A stretch of DNA of 47,486 nucleotides from contig CANMWZ010000036.1 in assembly GCA_947501605.1 (NCBI GenBank), positions 1 through 47,486 on the forward strand, given 5' to 3'. A program made the position numbers and the translations under genes. Positions within the stretch are counted from its first letter, which is position 1. Each line of letters begins with the position of its first letter. The stretch is from Planctomycetota bacterium (lineage in GTDB: Bacteria > Planctomycetota > UBA1135 > UBA2386). The notes under the pieces are model-generated. The model ran no database searches, was not told the origin of the DNA, and saw only the letters and a program-made list of their open reading frames with translations. Below, one piece after another: positions 8,351-17,220 of this stretch.

Positions 8351-9898
8351 TCAGTCTCCGCGGTGTCGAGCTTGGCGCGACGCGGCGCGATTGCCGTCCT
8401 GCCGCTCGACCACGCGTCGCTCCTCGGCGCCGTGTGCGGCGCGTGGTTGTGCCCACGGGCGCAGAAACTCCGGCCAGTCGTGACGGCGACCGCGGGAGTA
8501 GTCGTTGGCGAGAGCCGTGCCGGCGATCTCGGGAGCGATGTCGCGATGCTCGGTCATCCAAGCGAACAGCAACGCCGCCAATTTGTGCATGGCGATGCCA
8601 TGCGTTGCGCGCGCGTTGGTGTGGATCCAGTCGGAGAATTGTAGGAAGGACGCGAAGGCCGACTCGCCGGCCATGACGTGGACAATCGTGGCAGGCCAGT
8701 TGCCGGAGTTGGCGACGACGTCCCAGTAGCGCGCGAAGCGCTTCATCCTCTGAGCCTCTGCAAAGGTCAGCGACGCAGTCTGCAACACCTCGTATGGCGG
8801 CGTCTTGCTCCATGCCATTCGCTGCTCCTCGTCGTGGTGGACGATTGGCGCGCCGCGCAGTCGCTTGAGAATTCCGACTTGGATCTCGTGAGGCCGCAAC
8901 GAGTACAGAAGATCGAAACCGCGCCCGAACGTGGCCAGGTCCTCGCCAGGCAGGCCGACGATCAGGTCGGCGTGTAGGTGGACGCCCGTGTGCTCGCGCA
9001 ACCAGCGGAGGTTCTCGGCGAGCTTGTGGTTGTCCTGCCGCCGCGCGATTGCCTTCCCGACGGCGGCAGAAAGCGTCTGCACGCCGACTTCGAACTGTAG
9101 GGCACCCTCCGGGAACTTCGCGATTGGCTCTTTCAGTGCGTCGGGCAGACGGTCGGGGATCAGTTCGAAGTGAACGAAAAGTCCAGGCCGGTGTCGCTGC
9201 AGGAAGAACTCGAGGATGGCGACCGCAATCTTGATGTCGAGGTTGAACGTCCGATCGACGAACTTGAAGTGCTTGACGCCGCGATCGAGCAGTCGCTGCA
9301 TCTGCTGCAAGAACGCTTCGACCGGCGCCTTTCGCACCGGCACGTCAAGCGCCGACAGACAGAACTCGCAGGTGAACGGGCAGCCGCGCGAAGCCTCGAC
9401 GTAGACCACGCGGTGGGCGATGTCGGTATCGGTGTACTCGTCGTACGGGTGCACGAGTTGTTCGAAGTGAGGTGGCGCCGCGTCGATCCACCTCGGCTCA
9501 GGACGGCGGCCTGCCAAGAGCTCGCGGCATAGTGGCGCGAACACCAAGTCTGCCTCGCCGCGGACGACATAGTCCGCCTGCGCGCACATCGGTTGGAGTT
9601 CGGTCTCGTGGCTGACTTCGGGGCCGCCGAGCACAATCAGCACGTCGGGTGCGATCAACTTCAGGATGGCGACTAGTTCGGCGGTTGGCGTCGCGTTCCA
9701 GACATAGACGCCGAGGCCGACGATTCGTGGTCTGTGGGCCAGGATCTGTTCGGCAATGTCAGCGGGCCGAGTCTGCACGTCGAACTCGAGGATCTCGCTC
9801 TCACGGTGGAGCTCGCCAAGATTGGCCCGCAGGTAGCGAAGGCCGAACGCGGCGTGGATCCACTTTGCGTTCAGCGTTGCGAGGACGATGGCGGGCAT
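8351..9898 (-). CDS. B12-binding domain radical SAM protein (DUF4080-type C-terminus likely)
   Basis: LATLNAKWIH..GLRYL, VLGGPEVS, EASRGCPFTCEFC, KFVDRTFN and HADLIVGLPGE. Start placed at MPAIVL (9898). Confidence 0.92.
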   Translation of the reverse strand: MPAIVLATLNAKWIHAAFGLRYLRANLGELHRESEILEFDVQTRPADIAEQILAHRPRIVGLGVYVWNATPTAELVAILKLIAPDVLIVLGGPEVSHETELQPMCAQADYVVRGEADLVFAPLCRELLAGRRPEPRWIDAAPPHFEQLVHPYDEYTDTDIAHRVVYVEASRGCPFTCEFCLSALDVPVRKAPVEAFLQQMQRLLDRGVKHFKFVDRTFNLDIKIAVAILEFFLQRHRPGLFVHFELIPDRLPDALKEPIAKFPEGALQFEVGVQTLSAAVGKAIARRQDNHKLAENLRWLREHTGVHLHADLIVGLPGEDLATFGRGFDLLYSLRPHEIQVGILKRLRGAPIVHHDEEQRMAWSKTPPYEVLQTASLTFAEAQRMKRFARYWDVVANSGNWPATIVHVMAGESAFASFLQFSDWIHTNARATHGIAMHKLAALLFAWMTEHRDIAPEIAGTALANDYSRGRRHDWPEFLRPWAQPRAAHGAEERRVVERQDGNRAASRQARHRGD

Positions 9899-9951
9899 GG
9901 CGGGCCACATGGATACCCCGCGGCGGCTGGCAGGTCGAGTAACCAAGGCAA

Positions 9952-11135
9952 ACTGATGGACTGAGTGTGGTTCTTTGTAACCAGTCTCAAGCTCCTGGCA
10001 TGAGAGCGTTGCGTGCCCCTAGATGGGCCGCCTGGAGGAGTCCTGTGCGTCCCATGGAGTTCGAGCCGCCACGTTGTCCGAATCGGCACTGCGAAGCGCA
10101 TCGAGAACCTGAACCCAGGTTCTATCGCCGCGTAGGTAGCTACCAGCCGCGCTGTCGCAACGAGCCGATTCCGCGTTACGAGTGCCGTACGTGTGGCCGG
10201 GGCTTCTCCTACCAGACGTTTCGTATGGACTACAGAGATCGGCGACCGCACGACAACGCGCCGCTATTCTGCGCCTTGGTCAGCGGTACGAGCCTCCGGC
10301 AGGCCGCACGCAACCTGCAGCTGAACTGCAATTCTGCGCAGATGAAGTTCCGCAAGCTGGCTCGGCATGTCGCGGTTTTGAATCGGAGCCTCATCGCCCA
10401 ACTCCCGCCCAACCCAGTTTTATGCTTCGACGAAGCCGAGAGCTTCGAACATCGGGCCATCACGCCGGTAACCATCCCCGTACTGGTCGATGACTACACC
10501 AAACTGGTGATTGCCATCGATGTTGCCGCCATTCGACGTGTTGCCAAGCGGGGGAGCCCGCGGCGTCGACGGCTCGAGTGCTACGAGGCGGTTAATGGCA
10601 AGAGACTAGATCGTGGTCGCAACTGCGTGCGGCGAGTTCTCGGGCGTTTGCAGCGTCTGCTGGCGGGGGCGACAGCAGTCCTAGTGACTGACGAGAAGAC
10701 CAGCTACGGAGCCGAGTGCCGAAGGCGCTTCGGGGATTCTCTTCGCCACGTGACCATCTCTTCGAGGCTGCCACGCACGCGCGCCAATCCGCTATTTTCG
10801 GTGAACTTGACCGAAGCCATGATGCGGGACAACAACTCTCGGTTGCGTCGGCGATCGTGGTGTGTCAGCAAGCGCGCTCGCATGCTTCAGCTTCAATTGG
10901 CGCTCTTCTCGGCATACCGGAACTGGCACCGTCCTCGAACCAACTTCGATCCAGCAGAGCGAACACCAGGTGCCATACTCGGGATCTGCCCCAAGCTAGA
11001 GCTGAATGAACTGGTCGCATGGCGGCAAGACTGGCGACGGCGCAGCATCCACCCGGCGAGTCGCAACGGGCATCAGACGATCGCGCAGTGGTGTGCGTGA
11101 AAGTCGTCGACGCCAACCACATCCACTCCACCAGT
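9952..11135 (+). mobile_element. IS1-like insertion sequence with imperfect terminal inverted repeats
   Basis: ACTGATGGACTGAGTGTGGTT (9952-9972) matches the reverse complement of 11115-11135 (ACTGGTGGAGTGGATGTGGTT) at 17/21 positions. The repeats enclose a transposase-like ORF. No clear target-site duplication. Confidence 0.7.
10054..11100 (+). CDS. IS1-family-like transposase (Zn finger, HTH, RNase H-like core) in a single ORF
   Basis: GGAGGAG RBS. CPNRHC...RYECRTCGRGFS Zn ribbon, SLRQAARNL HTH, FDEAE and VTDEK motifs, and InsB-like tail RLRRRSWCVSK...YRNW.RP. Confidence 0.8.
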   Translation: MEFEPPRCPNRHCEAHREPEPRFYRRVGSYQPRCRNEPIPRYECRTCGRGFSYQTFRMDYRDRRPHDNAPLFCALVSGTSLRQAARNLQLNCNSAQMKFRKLARHVAVLNRSLIAQLPPNPVLCFDEAESFEHRAITPVTIPVLVDDYTKLVIAIDVAAIRRVAKRGSPRRRRLECYEAVNGKRLDRGRNCVRRVLGRLQRLLAGATAVLVTDEKTSYGAECRRRFGDSLRHVTISSRLPRTRANPLFSVNLTEAMMRDNNSRLRRRSWCVSKRARMLQLQLALFSAYRNWHRPRTNFDPAERTPGAILGICPKLELNELVAWRQDWRRRSIHPASRNGHQTIAQWCA

Positions 11136-11160
11136 AACCGGTATGCCTCTGGGGTGAGGG

Positions 11161-12588
11161 CTACGGCAAGCGTTCGAACACTGTGATACGCCGTTGTGCC
11201 GCACGCTCTCCCAAGTCCGCCGGGAGCTCGTACACCCGATACCCCATAGCCACCAAGTCAGCTGCCCCGATGCCCGTAAGGTCACCGGCTAGCAGTCCGA
11301 ACTTCGTGCGCGGGTTCTTCGCCATTTGCCGCAACTCATCGACAGTCAGCGGGCGTGGAGGCGATGGTTCCATGCCCACAAAGTACTCGATGCGGCACAT
11401 CGAGAACGGAAGGTCGTAGGACGAACTCTCGCGGTGCTCGGCGCTGACGATCAGGTCGCCTTTCGCCATTTGCTGACGCAGATGCTGGGCGAGGTCGCGC
11501 TCGATGGTCTTGTCCTCTCGCTGCGACTTGGGAATGCGCACGAGATCGGGGCCGAAGGCCAGTAGCGCTAGCGCGACTTTGGCCCAGGTCGAGGTCAGCC
11601 CCCATCGCGACTGCAGCCAGCGGAGGCCCGGCCCTGTGAATGCGAGCATCAGCATGCCATAGCCCGAAACGAAGCGCAGGGTCGAGCGCGCTAGCGGGAT
11701 GATCGCGATCTGAAGCAGAAACAGCCCGATCAGGAGCGATGTGCCTTCGCGCATTCCTCGAGCGCGTTGCGTAACCACTCCGACGATCGCGAGCGCCATG
11801 GCCACGTAGCCGACCGCTTCAAAGGCGTGGCCTGGGACGCGCCAGAGGTGATCGAGGTAGAACAGCACGCCTCCGCCCTCGTCACGTCCGGCGCCATGCG
11901 GCCACATGAAGGTCGCCTTGGGGGTCAGCGTAAAACCCTGGCCCCAGATCGCGTAGCCGAACGGTGTGCACAGCCCGAACGCGGCGGCGGCTAGCGCGAG
12001 CACGAGCGCCTGCCTCTTGTCGCGGAGCCAGAGCCAGGGGATGCCGACGATGGCCAAACTTGCGCCTTCTGGTCGCGTGCCAAATGCGAGGCCGATCAAC
12101 AGTCCGATGCCGATCGTGCTGAGCGTCTTGGGGCCGCGCAACAGCAGCAAGACCGTGAGTGCCACCAGCAAGTAGAACGGTCCTTCGGTCATGCAGTCGG
12201 CCGGGTGTCGCGCAAACCACGTTCCGAGGGCGTAGAAGGTGCAAGCGAGCAAGGCCGCCTGCCGGTCGAACAGTCGCTCGGTAACGGCCCAGAGCGGGAA
12301 GATGGCGCAAGCACCTAGCAAGCCCGATGCAATCTGTCCGGCCAGCACTGGATCGATGTTGGGGCACAACCAGAGCACAACGGCGATGGTCCACGGGTAG
12401 ACCGGCGGAAACACCGTGCCAAACGACGCGGCAAAGTTGCCGTCGGCGATTTGCTCCGCCATCCACAGGTAGGTGGCGCCGTCGCGGCCCGGGATGTGGA
12501 CGCGCAGCGCCACAACAGCGCGGACTGCGACCGCGAGCAGGAAGCACGCGGCGACAGGAAGTCGGGACGTATGCGCGGAGATCGGCAA
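11161..12588 (-). CDS. GT-C fold (ArnT/PMT, GT39/83-like) polytopic membrane glycosyltransferase
   Basis: RDGATYL after TM1, FPPVYP, MTEG and TRPEG motifs, and many hydrophobic helices. Start uncertain. Confidence 0.8.
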   Translation of the reverse strand: MPISAHTSRLPVAACFLLAVAVRAVVALRVHIPGRDGATYLWMAEQIADGNFAASFGTVFPPVYPWTIAVVLWLCPNIDPVLAGQIASGLLGACAIFPLWAVTERLFDRQAALLACTFYALGTWFARHPADCMTEGPFYLLVALTVLLLLRGPKTLSTIGIGLLIGLAFGTRPEGASLAIVGIPWLWLRDKRQALVLALAAAAFGLCTPFGYAIWGQGFTLTPKATFMWPHGAGRDEGGGVLFYLDHLWRVPGHAFEAVGYVAMALAIVGVVTQRARGMREGTSLLIGLFLLQIAIIPLARSTLRFVSGYGMLMLAFTGPGLRWLQSRWGLTSTWAKVALALLAFGPDLVRIPKSQREDKTIERDLAQHLRQQMAKGDLIVSAEHRESSSYDLPFSMCRIEYFVGMEPSPPRPLTVDELRQMAKNPRTKFGLLAGDLTGIGAADLVAMGYRVYELPADLGERAAQRRITVFERLP

Positions 12589-12821
12589 GGCGGAGAGATC
12601 TATCCTGTTGGTTGGCGAGGTCCAACAGGGACCGCGAGGCTACCGATCTGGTCCGTTCGCTAGCGCTGGTCGAATCTCGCCGCCACTTCTGAGCACGACT
12701 CGAGATCGCGGCGATCCAGGAGCAACTGCAGGAAGCGCGCGGGGCTCCACGACAGGGTTGAGATGGCGGGGATGGGTGCAGCGCAGCGCGCGCAGGCCGA
12801 CGGACCGCCTCGCGAGCTAGT

Positions 12822-13328
12822 ATGGGCACTGCCATGATCCGCCGCGCAACTCCTGTCGACGTCCCGCTGTTGCTGCGCTGCATTCGAGAACTGGCGCGCT
12901 ACGAGAAACTCGAGCACGAACTGGAACTCGATGCCGCCCGCCTCCACGCCGCGCTCTTCGGTGCGTCGGCGGCGACGTTTGCGTTCGTGGCCGAGGAACA
13001 GGATGGTGATGGCGGCAGTCAACCAGTGGGCTTTGCCCTCGGTTTCGCCACGTTCTCGACCTTCAAGACGAGGTCCTGCCTGCACCTCGAAGACCTGTTC
13101 GTGTTGGCCGAACACCGGGGCAAGGGGCATGGGCTGAGCCTGTTGCGTGCCGTTGCTGGCGAGGCGGTGCGGCTCTGCTGCGCCCGTCTGCAATGGAATG
13201 TGCTCGACTGGAATGTGTCGGCCATTGGGTTCTATGAGGCTCAAGGGGCGCGCCTGCTGACGGATTGGCGCATCTGTCGCGTCGATGGCGACGCGCTCGC
13301 GACCATGGCTGCGGCTGCCGATCTCTGA
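12822..13328 (+). CDS. GNAT family N-acetyltransferase (diamine acetyltransferase-like)
   Basis: IRELARYEKL, LHLEDLFV..HRGKGHG and LQWNVLDWN..AIGFY. Alternative start at 12834. Confidence 0.92.
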   Translation: MGTAMIRRATPVDVPLLLRCIRELARYEKLEHELELDAARLHAALFGASAATFAFVAEEQDGDGGSQPVGFALGFATFSTFKTRSCLHLEDLFVLAEHRGKGHGLSLLRAVAGEAVRLCCARLQWNVLDWNVSAIGFYEAQGARLLTDWRICRVDGDALATMAAAADL

Positions 13329-13385
13329 CCGGGCGGACGAGGCGGTGGACCGGAGCGCGTCTCGGGATACCTTTCTCCGCGCCCC

Positions 13386-14252
13386 ATGAAGATCGCCTCC
13401 ATGTTCGCCACGGGTCGCCCGGTGGTGTCGTTCGAGTTCTTCCCGCCCAAGACCGAGGAGGGCGTCGAATCGCTCTATCGCACGGTCGGGGAATTGCGGT
13501 CGTGTCGGCCATCGTTCGTGTCTGTGACCTACGGCGCGGGCGGCAGTACGCGTGATCGAACGATCGAACTCGTCACGCGGATCCAGCGCGACCTGAAGCT
13601 GACGACGATGGCGCACTTGACCTGCGTGGGCAGCACGCGCGCGGAGATCAAGGAAGTGATCAAGCGGTTGATCGACGGTGGGATCCAAAACGTATTGGCG
13701 CTTCGCGGGGACCCGCCGAAGGGCGAGACGGAGTTCAAGCCGGTGCCGGGTGGCTTCCGCTATGCGAGCGAATTGGTCCAGTTCATCCGCGACGAGGGCT
13801 TCGATGTCTGCATCGGCGCTGCCTGCTACCCTGAGGGTCACGTCGAAACGCGCGACCTCGAAGAAGACCTCTCGCATCTGATCGCCAAGGTCAAGAGCGG
13901 CGTCGACTTCCTCGTGACCCAACTGTTCTTCGACAACGAAGACTACCGTGCATTCCAGCGCCGCGCGCGGTCGGCGGGCATCGACGTTCCGATTGTCCCT
14001 GGGTTGATGCCCGTGACCAACGTCGCGCAATCGCAGCGCTTCACGCAGATGTGTGGCTCGCGCATTCCGCAGGAGTTGCTGCGGCGCTTGCGAATCGTCG
14101 AGACGGACGCGAGCGCGGTGGTTGCCACCGGTGTGCACTGGACCGCCGAGCAAGCGCGGCAACTGCTCGCATCGGGTGCCCCGGGCTTGCACTTCTACAC
14201 GCTGAACAAGTCATCGGCGACGCTCGCCGTGCACGCCGCACTGGGCCTGTGA
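13386..14252 (+). CDS. metF: 5,10-methylenetetrahydrofolate reductase
   Basis: SFEFFPPK, SVTYGAGGS, AHLTC, ALRGDPP, YPEGH, TQLFFD and HFYTLN. Confidence 0.97.
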   Translation: MKIASMFATGRPVVSFEFFPPKTEEGVESLYRTVGELRSCRPSFVSVTYGAGGSTRDRTIELVTRIQRDLKLTTMAHLTCVGSTRAEIKEVIKRLIDGGIQNVLALRGDPPKGETEFKPVPGGFRYASELVQFIRDEGFDVCIGAACYPEGHVETRDLEEDLSHLIAKVKSGVDFLVTQLFFDNEDYRAFQRRARSAGIDVPIVPGLMPVTNVAQSQRFTQMCGSRIPQELLRRLRIVETDASAVVATGVHWTAEQARQLLASGAPGLHFYTLNKSSATLAVHAALGL

Positions 14253-14297
14253 TCGCGCGCTGGCGGTTGCTGCGGTCGCTCGCGTAGCTTCTGGAGC

Positions 14298-15635
14298 ATG
14301 TCCCGCGACGCCACGATCCATGCCGCCCTGCACCGCAGCCGCCGTCAACGTTTGCTCGACGAGCTGGGCGATGGTCTGCTGCTCCTGCCGACCGCGAACG
14401 AGACGATCCGCAACAGCGACGTCCATTACGAGTTTCGACCGGGTAGCGACTTCCACTTCCTGACGGGCTTCCCCGAGCCTGAAGCGCTGCTCGCGGCATG
14501 GCGCACTGGCAAGGGCACGCATCGTGCCGTGCTGTTCGTGCGGACCCGCGATCCGGCGCGCGAGATCTGGGACGGAAAGCGCTACGGCACCGCGGGTGCA
14601 GTCAAGACGTTTGGCGTCGACGAGGCGCTGCCGGTGGGTGCGATGTGGGGCAAGCTCCTCGAGTTGCTGGCTTCGCACCGCACCGTGTTTCATCGCCTGG
14701 CGAGCGACCGCGCCTTCGACCAACGTCTGATCGACGCATTCGGCAAGCTCGCGATGCAGAAGAAGCGTCAGCAACCAGCGCATCCGACGGTCGTTGATCC
14801 CATGCCGGCCATGGCTCATTTGCGATTGCGCAAGGACTCGGCCGAGATCGAGTCACTGCGGCATGCGACTTCGGCAACGGTGGCCGGGCACATCGCCGCG
14901 ATGCAGTTTGCGATGCCCGGCATGCACGAGTTCGACGTGCAGGCATCCATCGAGGCTGCGTTTCGCATGTGCGGCAGCGGTCGCAACGGCTACAGCTCCA
15001 TCGTCGCCAGCGGTCCCAACGCGTGCGTCCTGCACTACCACGAGAACGATCGCCGGATGAAGAAGGGCGACCTCTTGCTGGTCGACGCTGGCGCCGAGGT
15101 CTTTGGCGTGACAGGGGACGTGACGCGCACCTTCCCGGTCGATGGTACGTTCACCGATGCGCAGCGAGCAGTGTATCAGGTGGTGCTCAAGGCCCAGCTT
15201 GCCGGCATCCGCGCCGCCAGGCCTGGTGCGGCGTGGGACGCACCGCACAGGATCGTGCTGCGCGAGCTGACCAAGGGTCTCGTTCAGCTGAAGGTGCTGA
15301 AGGGCAATGTGGCGGCGCTGCTGAAGAAAGCCGCGTTCAAGCCGTTCTACATGCACGGCACCAGTCACTGGCTTGGTCGCGATGTCCATGACGTCGGTGC
15401 CTACCAGGACGCTGCCGGCAAGCCAATGCGACTGCAGCCGGGCATGGTGTTGACGATCGAGCCAGGGCTCTACTTCGACCCGCGCGATCGGCGGGTGCCG
15501 AAGGCCTTCCGCGGCATCGGCATCCGCATCGAAGACGATGTGCTGATCACGGCGCGGGGCAACGAGGTGCTGACTGCCGCGGCGCCGAAGACGATTGCCG
15601 ACATCGAAGCAACCATGCGCGCCCGCGAATCGTGA
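14298..15635 (+). CDS. pepP: Xaa-Pro aminopeptidase (aminopeptidase P, M24B)
   Basis: AMP_N motif FRPGSDFHFLTGFPEP, then LHY, DAGAE, GDVTRT, HWLGRDVHD, TIEPGLY and IRIEDD. Confidence 0.95.
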   Translation: MSRDATIHAALHRSRRQRLLDELGDGLLLLPTANETIRNSDVHYEFRPGSDFHFLTGFPEPEALLAAWRTGKGTHRAVLFVRTRDPAREIWDGKRYGTAGAVKTFGVDEALPVGAMWGKLLELLASHRTVFHRLASDRAFDQRLIDAFGKLAMQKKRQQPAHPTVVDPMPAMAHLRLRKDSAEIESLRHATSATVAGHIAAMQFAMPGMHEFDVQASIEAAFRMCGSGRNGYSSIVASGPNACVLHYHENDRRMKKGDLLLVDAGAEVFGVTGDVTRTFPVDGTFTDAQRAVYQVVLKAQLAGIRAARPGAAWDAPHRIVLRELTKGLVQLKVLKGNVAALLKKAAFKPFYMHGTSHWLGRDVHDVGAYQDAAGKPMRLQPGMVLTIEPGLYFDPRDRRVPKAFRGIGIRIEDDVLITARGNEVLTAAAPKTIADIEATMRARES

Positions 15636-16969
15636 CGGAGGCGGGTCCGAGCGATGCGCCGCGCCAGCACGGGCTAGCGGTGGTGGTCGAGGAGTGGTTT
15701 CAAGGGCAAGCGCTCGCCGCGGCGGTGCGGCGCGCGCACTGGCCGAGGCTCGAATCGCGGGTAGAAGCCACCGTCGACGCGTGGCTGGCGCTGCTGGAGC
15801 ACAGCGCGACCAAGGCGACCTTCTTCGTCGACGCATTCGTGGCGGAACGCCGCCCCGCTCTCGTGGCGCGCATCGCAGCTTCGGGACACGAGTTGCGCGG
15901 CGACCGCGTCGAGGACGCGCTGACCGCACGGCAAGCAGTTCGCCTTGTGTATGGCGAAGAACTAAGGCGTGCGGCCGATGGTGAGGATGCGCTCGATGAC
16001 TTGGCGAGAGCGTCGAAGCCATGCGCTTTTGTTTTCAGCGCCTGGGAGCTTGATGCGACGCAGCCCCGCATCACCGGCGCGAGCCGGCGCGACCAGCAAA
16101 GGCACTACGCCGGGATCGATCGCGTCGCAGGTCTTGTGCGGCACATGCTCGCGCGTTTCTGGCCGACCTCGCTCGAAGCAGCCTTCGGCTTGCAGGCAGC
16201 ACCACTTGTCGTGGCGGTAGCCACTGGTGCCACGGCAGTCACGGTCGCAGCGACGATGACGCAGCGCGTCGCCGTCGTGGTGCCGATGTTCGATGAGGCT
16301 GCGAACGTCGACTACTTGCTGCGTTCGCTCGACGAGCTCGCGGCGCGTGGTCGAGATCGCTACGCGTTCGAGTTCGTGTTGGTCGATGATCGCAGTCGCG
16401 ACGCGACGTGGGAGCTGTTGCAGCGTGCTTGCCGCGACCGCTCCGACGTCAAACTGGTCCGCCATGAACGCAACCGCGGCGTCGCCGCGGCGATCCTCTC
16501 GGGCATCGAGGCGGCGACCTGCGACGTGGTGGCGTCGATCGACTGCGACGGCAGCTACGATCCGCTCGATCTGCTGGCGATGGTGCCGCTGCTGGACTCT
16601 GCCGCCATGGTCACGGCGTCGCCGTATCACCCGCAAGGTGGCGTTCGCAACGTGCCGGCCTGGCGTCTACTCCTGTCGAAGACGCTCTCGCGCATCTATC
16701 GAATCGTGCTGCGCAGCGAGCTCCACACCTTTACGAGTTGCTGCCGCGTCCACCGCCGCGACGCAATGGTGGGTATGCGGCTGTTGCACGAGGGCTTCCT
16801 CGGCATGGCCGAGATGCTCGTTCGCGTCTTGCGTTGTGGCGGTGTCGTGCACGAGTACCCGACGACGCTCTCGTCGCGCCTGTTGGGCTACTCGAAGATG
16901 AAGACGCTGCGCACGATCCGCGGCCACGTGGGCTTGCTCGTGGCGGTCATGGTCGGCCGCGTGCGCTGA
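15632..16969 (+). CDS. Fusion of a degenerate polysaccharide deacetylase/DUF3473-like domain and a GT2 (DPM1-like) glycosyltransferase
   Basis: GTGA overlap with pepP. N-terminus has VEEWFQ..WPRLESRVE, KATFF, GHE and WELD..QPR. C-terminus has VVVPMFDE, VDDRSRDAT, IDCDGSYDP and GYSKM. Confidence 0.85.
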   Translation: MTEAGPSDAPRQHGLAVVVEEWFQGQALAAAVRRAHWPRLESRVEATVDAWLALLEHSATKATFFVDAFVAERRPALVARIAASGHELRGDRVEDALTARQAVRLVYGEELRRAADGEDALDDLARASKPCAFVFSAWELDATQPRITGASRRDQQRHYAGIDRVAGLVRHMLARFWPTSLEAAFGLQAAPLVVAVATGATAVTVAATMTQRVAVVVPMFDEAANVDYLLRSLDELAARGRDRYAFEFVLVDDRSRDATWELLQRACRDRSDVKLVRHERNRGVAAAILSGIEAATCDVVASIDCDGSYDPLDLLAMVPLLDSAAMVTASPYHPQGGVRNVPAWRLLLSKTLSRIYRIVLRSELHTFTSCCRVHRRDAMVGMRLLHEGFLGMAEMLVRVLRCGGVVHEYPTTLSSRLLGYSKMKTLRTIRGHVGLLVAVMVGRVR

Positions 16970-17220
16970 GCTGCGCGCAGCTGTGGCAGGGCGCAACACT
17001 TGGTCGCCCGCGCCGTCCCGCAATGGGACGCAAGGCAACATCGCGGCGGATCGCAGGATGGCGACTGCATTCCCCCTGGTGCGCATGCCGATGACCCGAA
17101 CTGCAACTGGGAATGCATCGGGATGTCGAGCCGCCACACACCTAGACCAGCCACCCATGTGGGAGGGCCCGCCGTACGCAGGGCGATGGTCAGCGTGCTC
17201 TGGCACCTCAGGAGGGCGCT

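Noticed and set aside
9938..11139. AGTAACC near both IS ends as a target-site duplication
   Set aside because: The right copy overlaps the TIR and the left copy is 7 bp outside it, so they are not symmetric flanking repeats.
13329..13385. Possible SAM riboswitch upstream of metF
   Set aside because: The gap is only 57 bp and shows no SAM-I/II/SAH consensus.
17000..17060. TGGGACGCAAGGC resembles the GGGACGCAAAGC core of the c-di-GMP-I (GEMM) riboswitch
   Set aside because: The upstream GGCAAAC element and correctly placed GNRA stem are missing. Here GGGACG pairs locally with CGTCCC.
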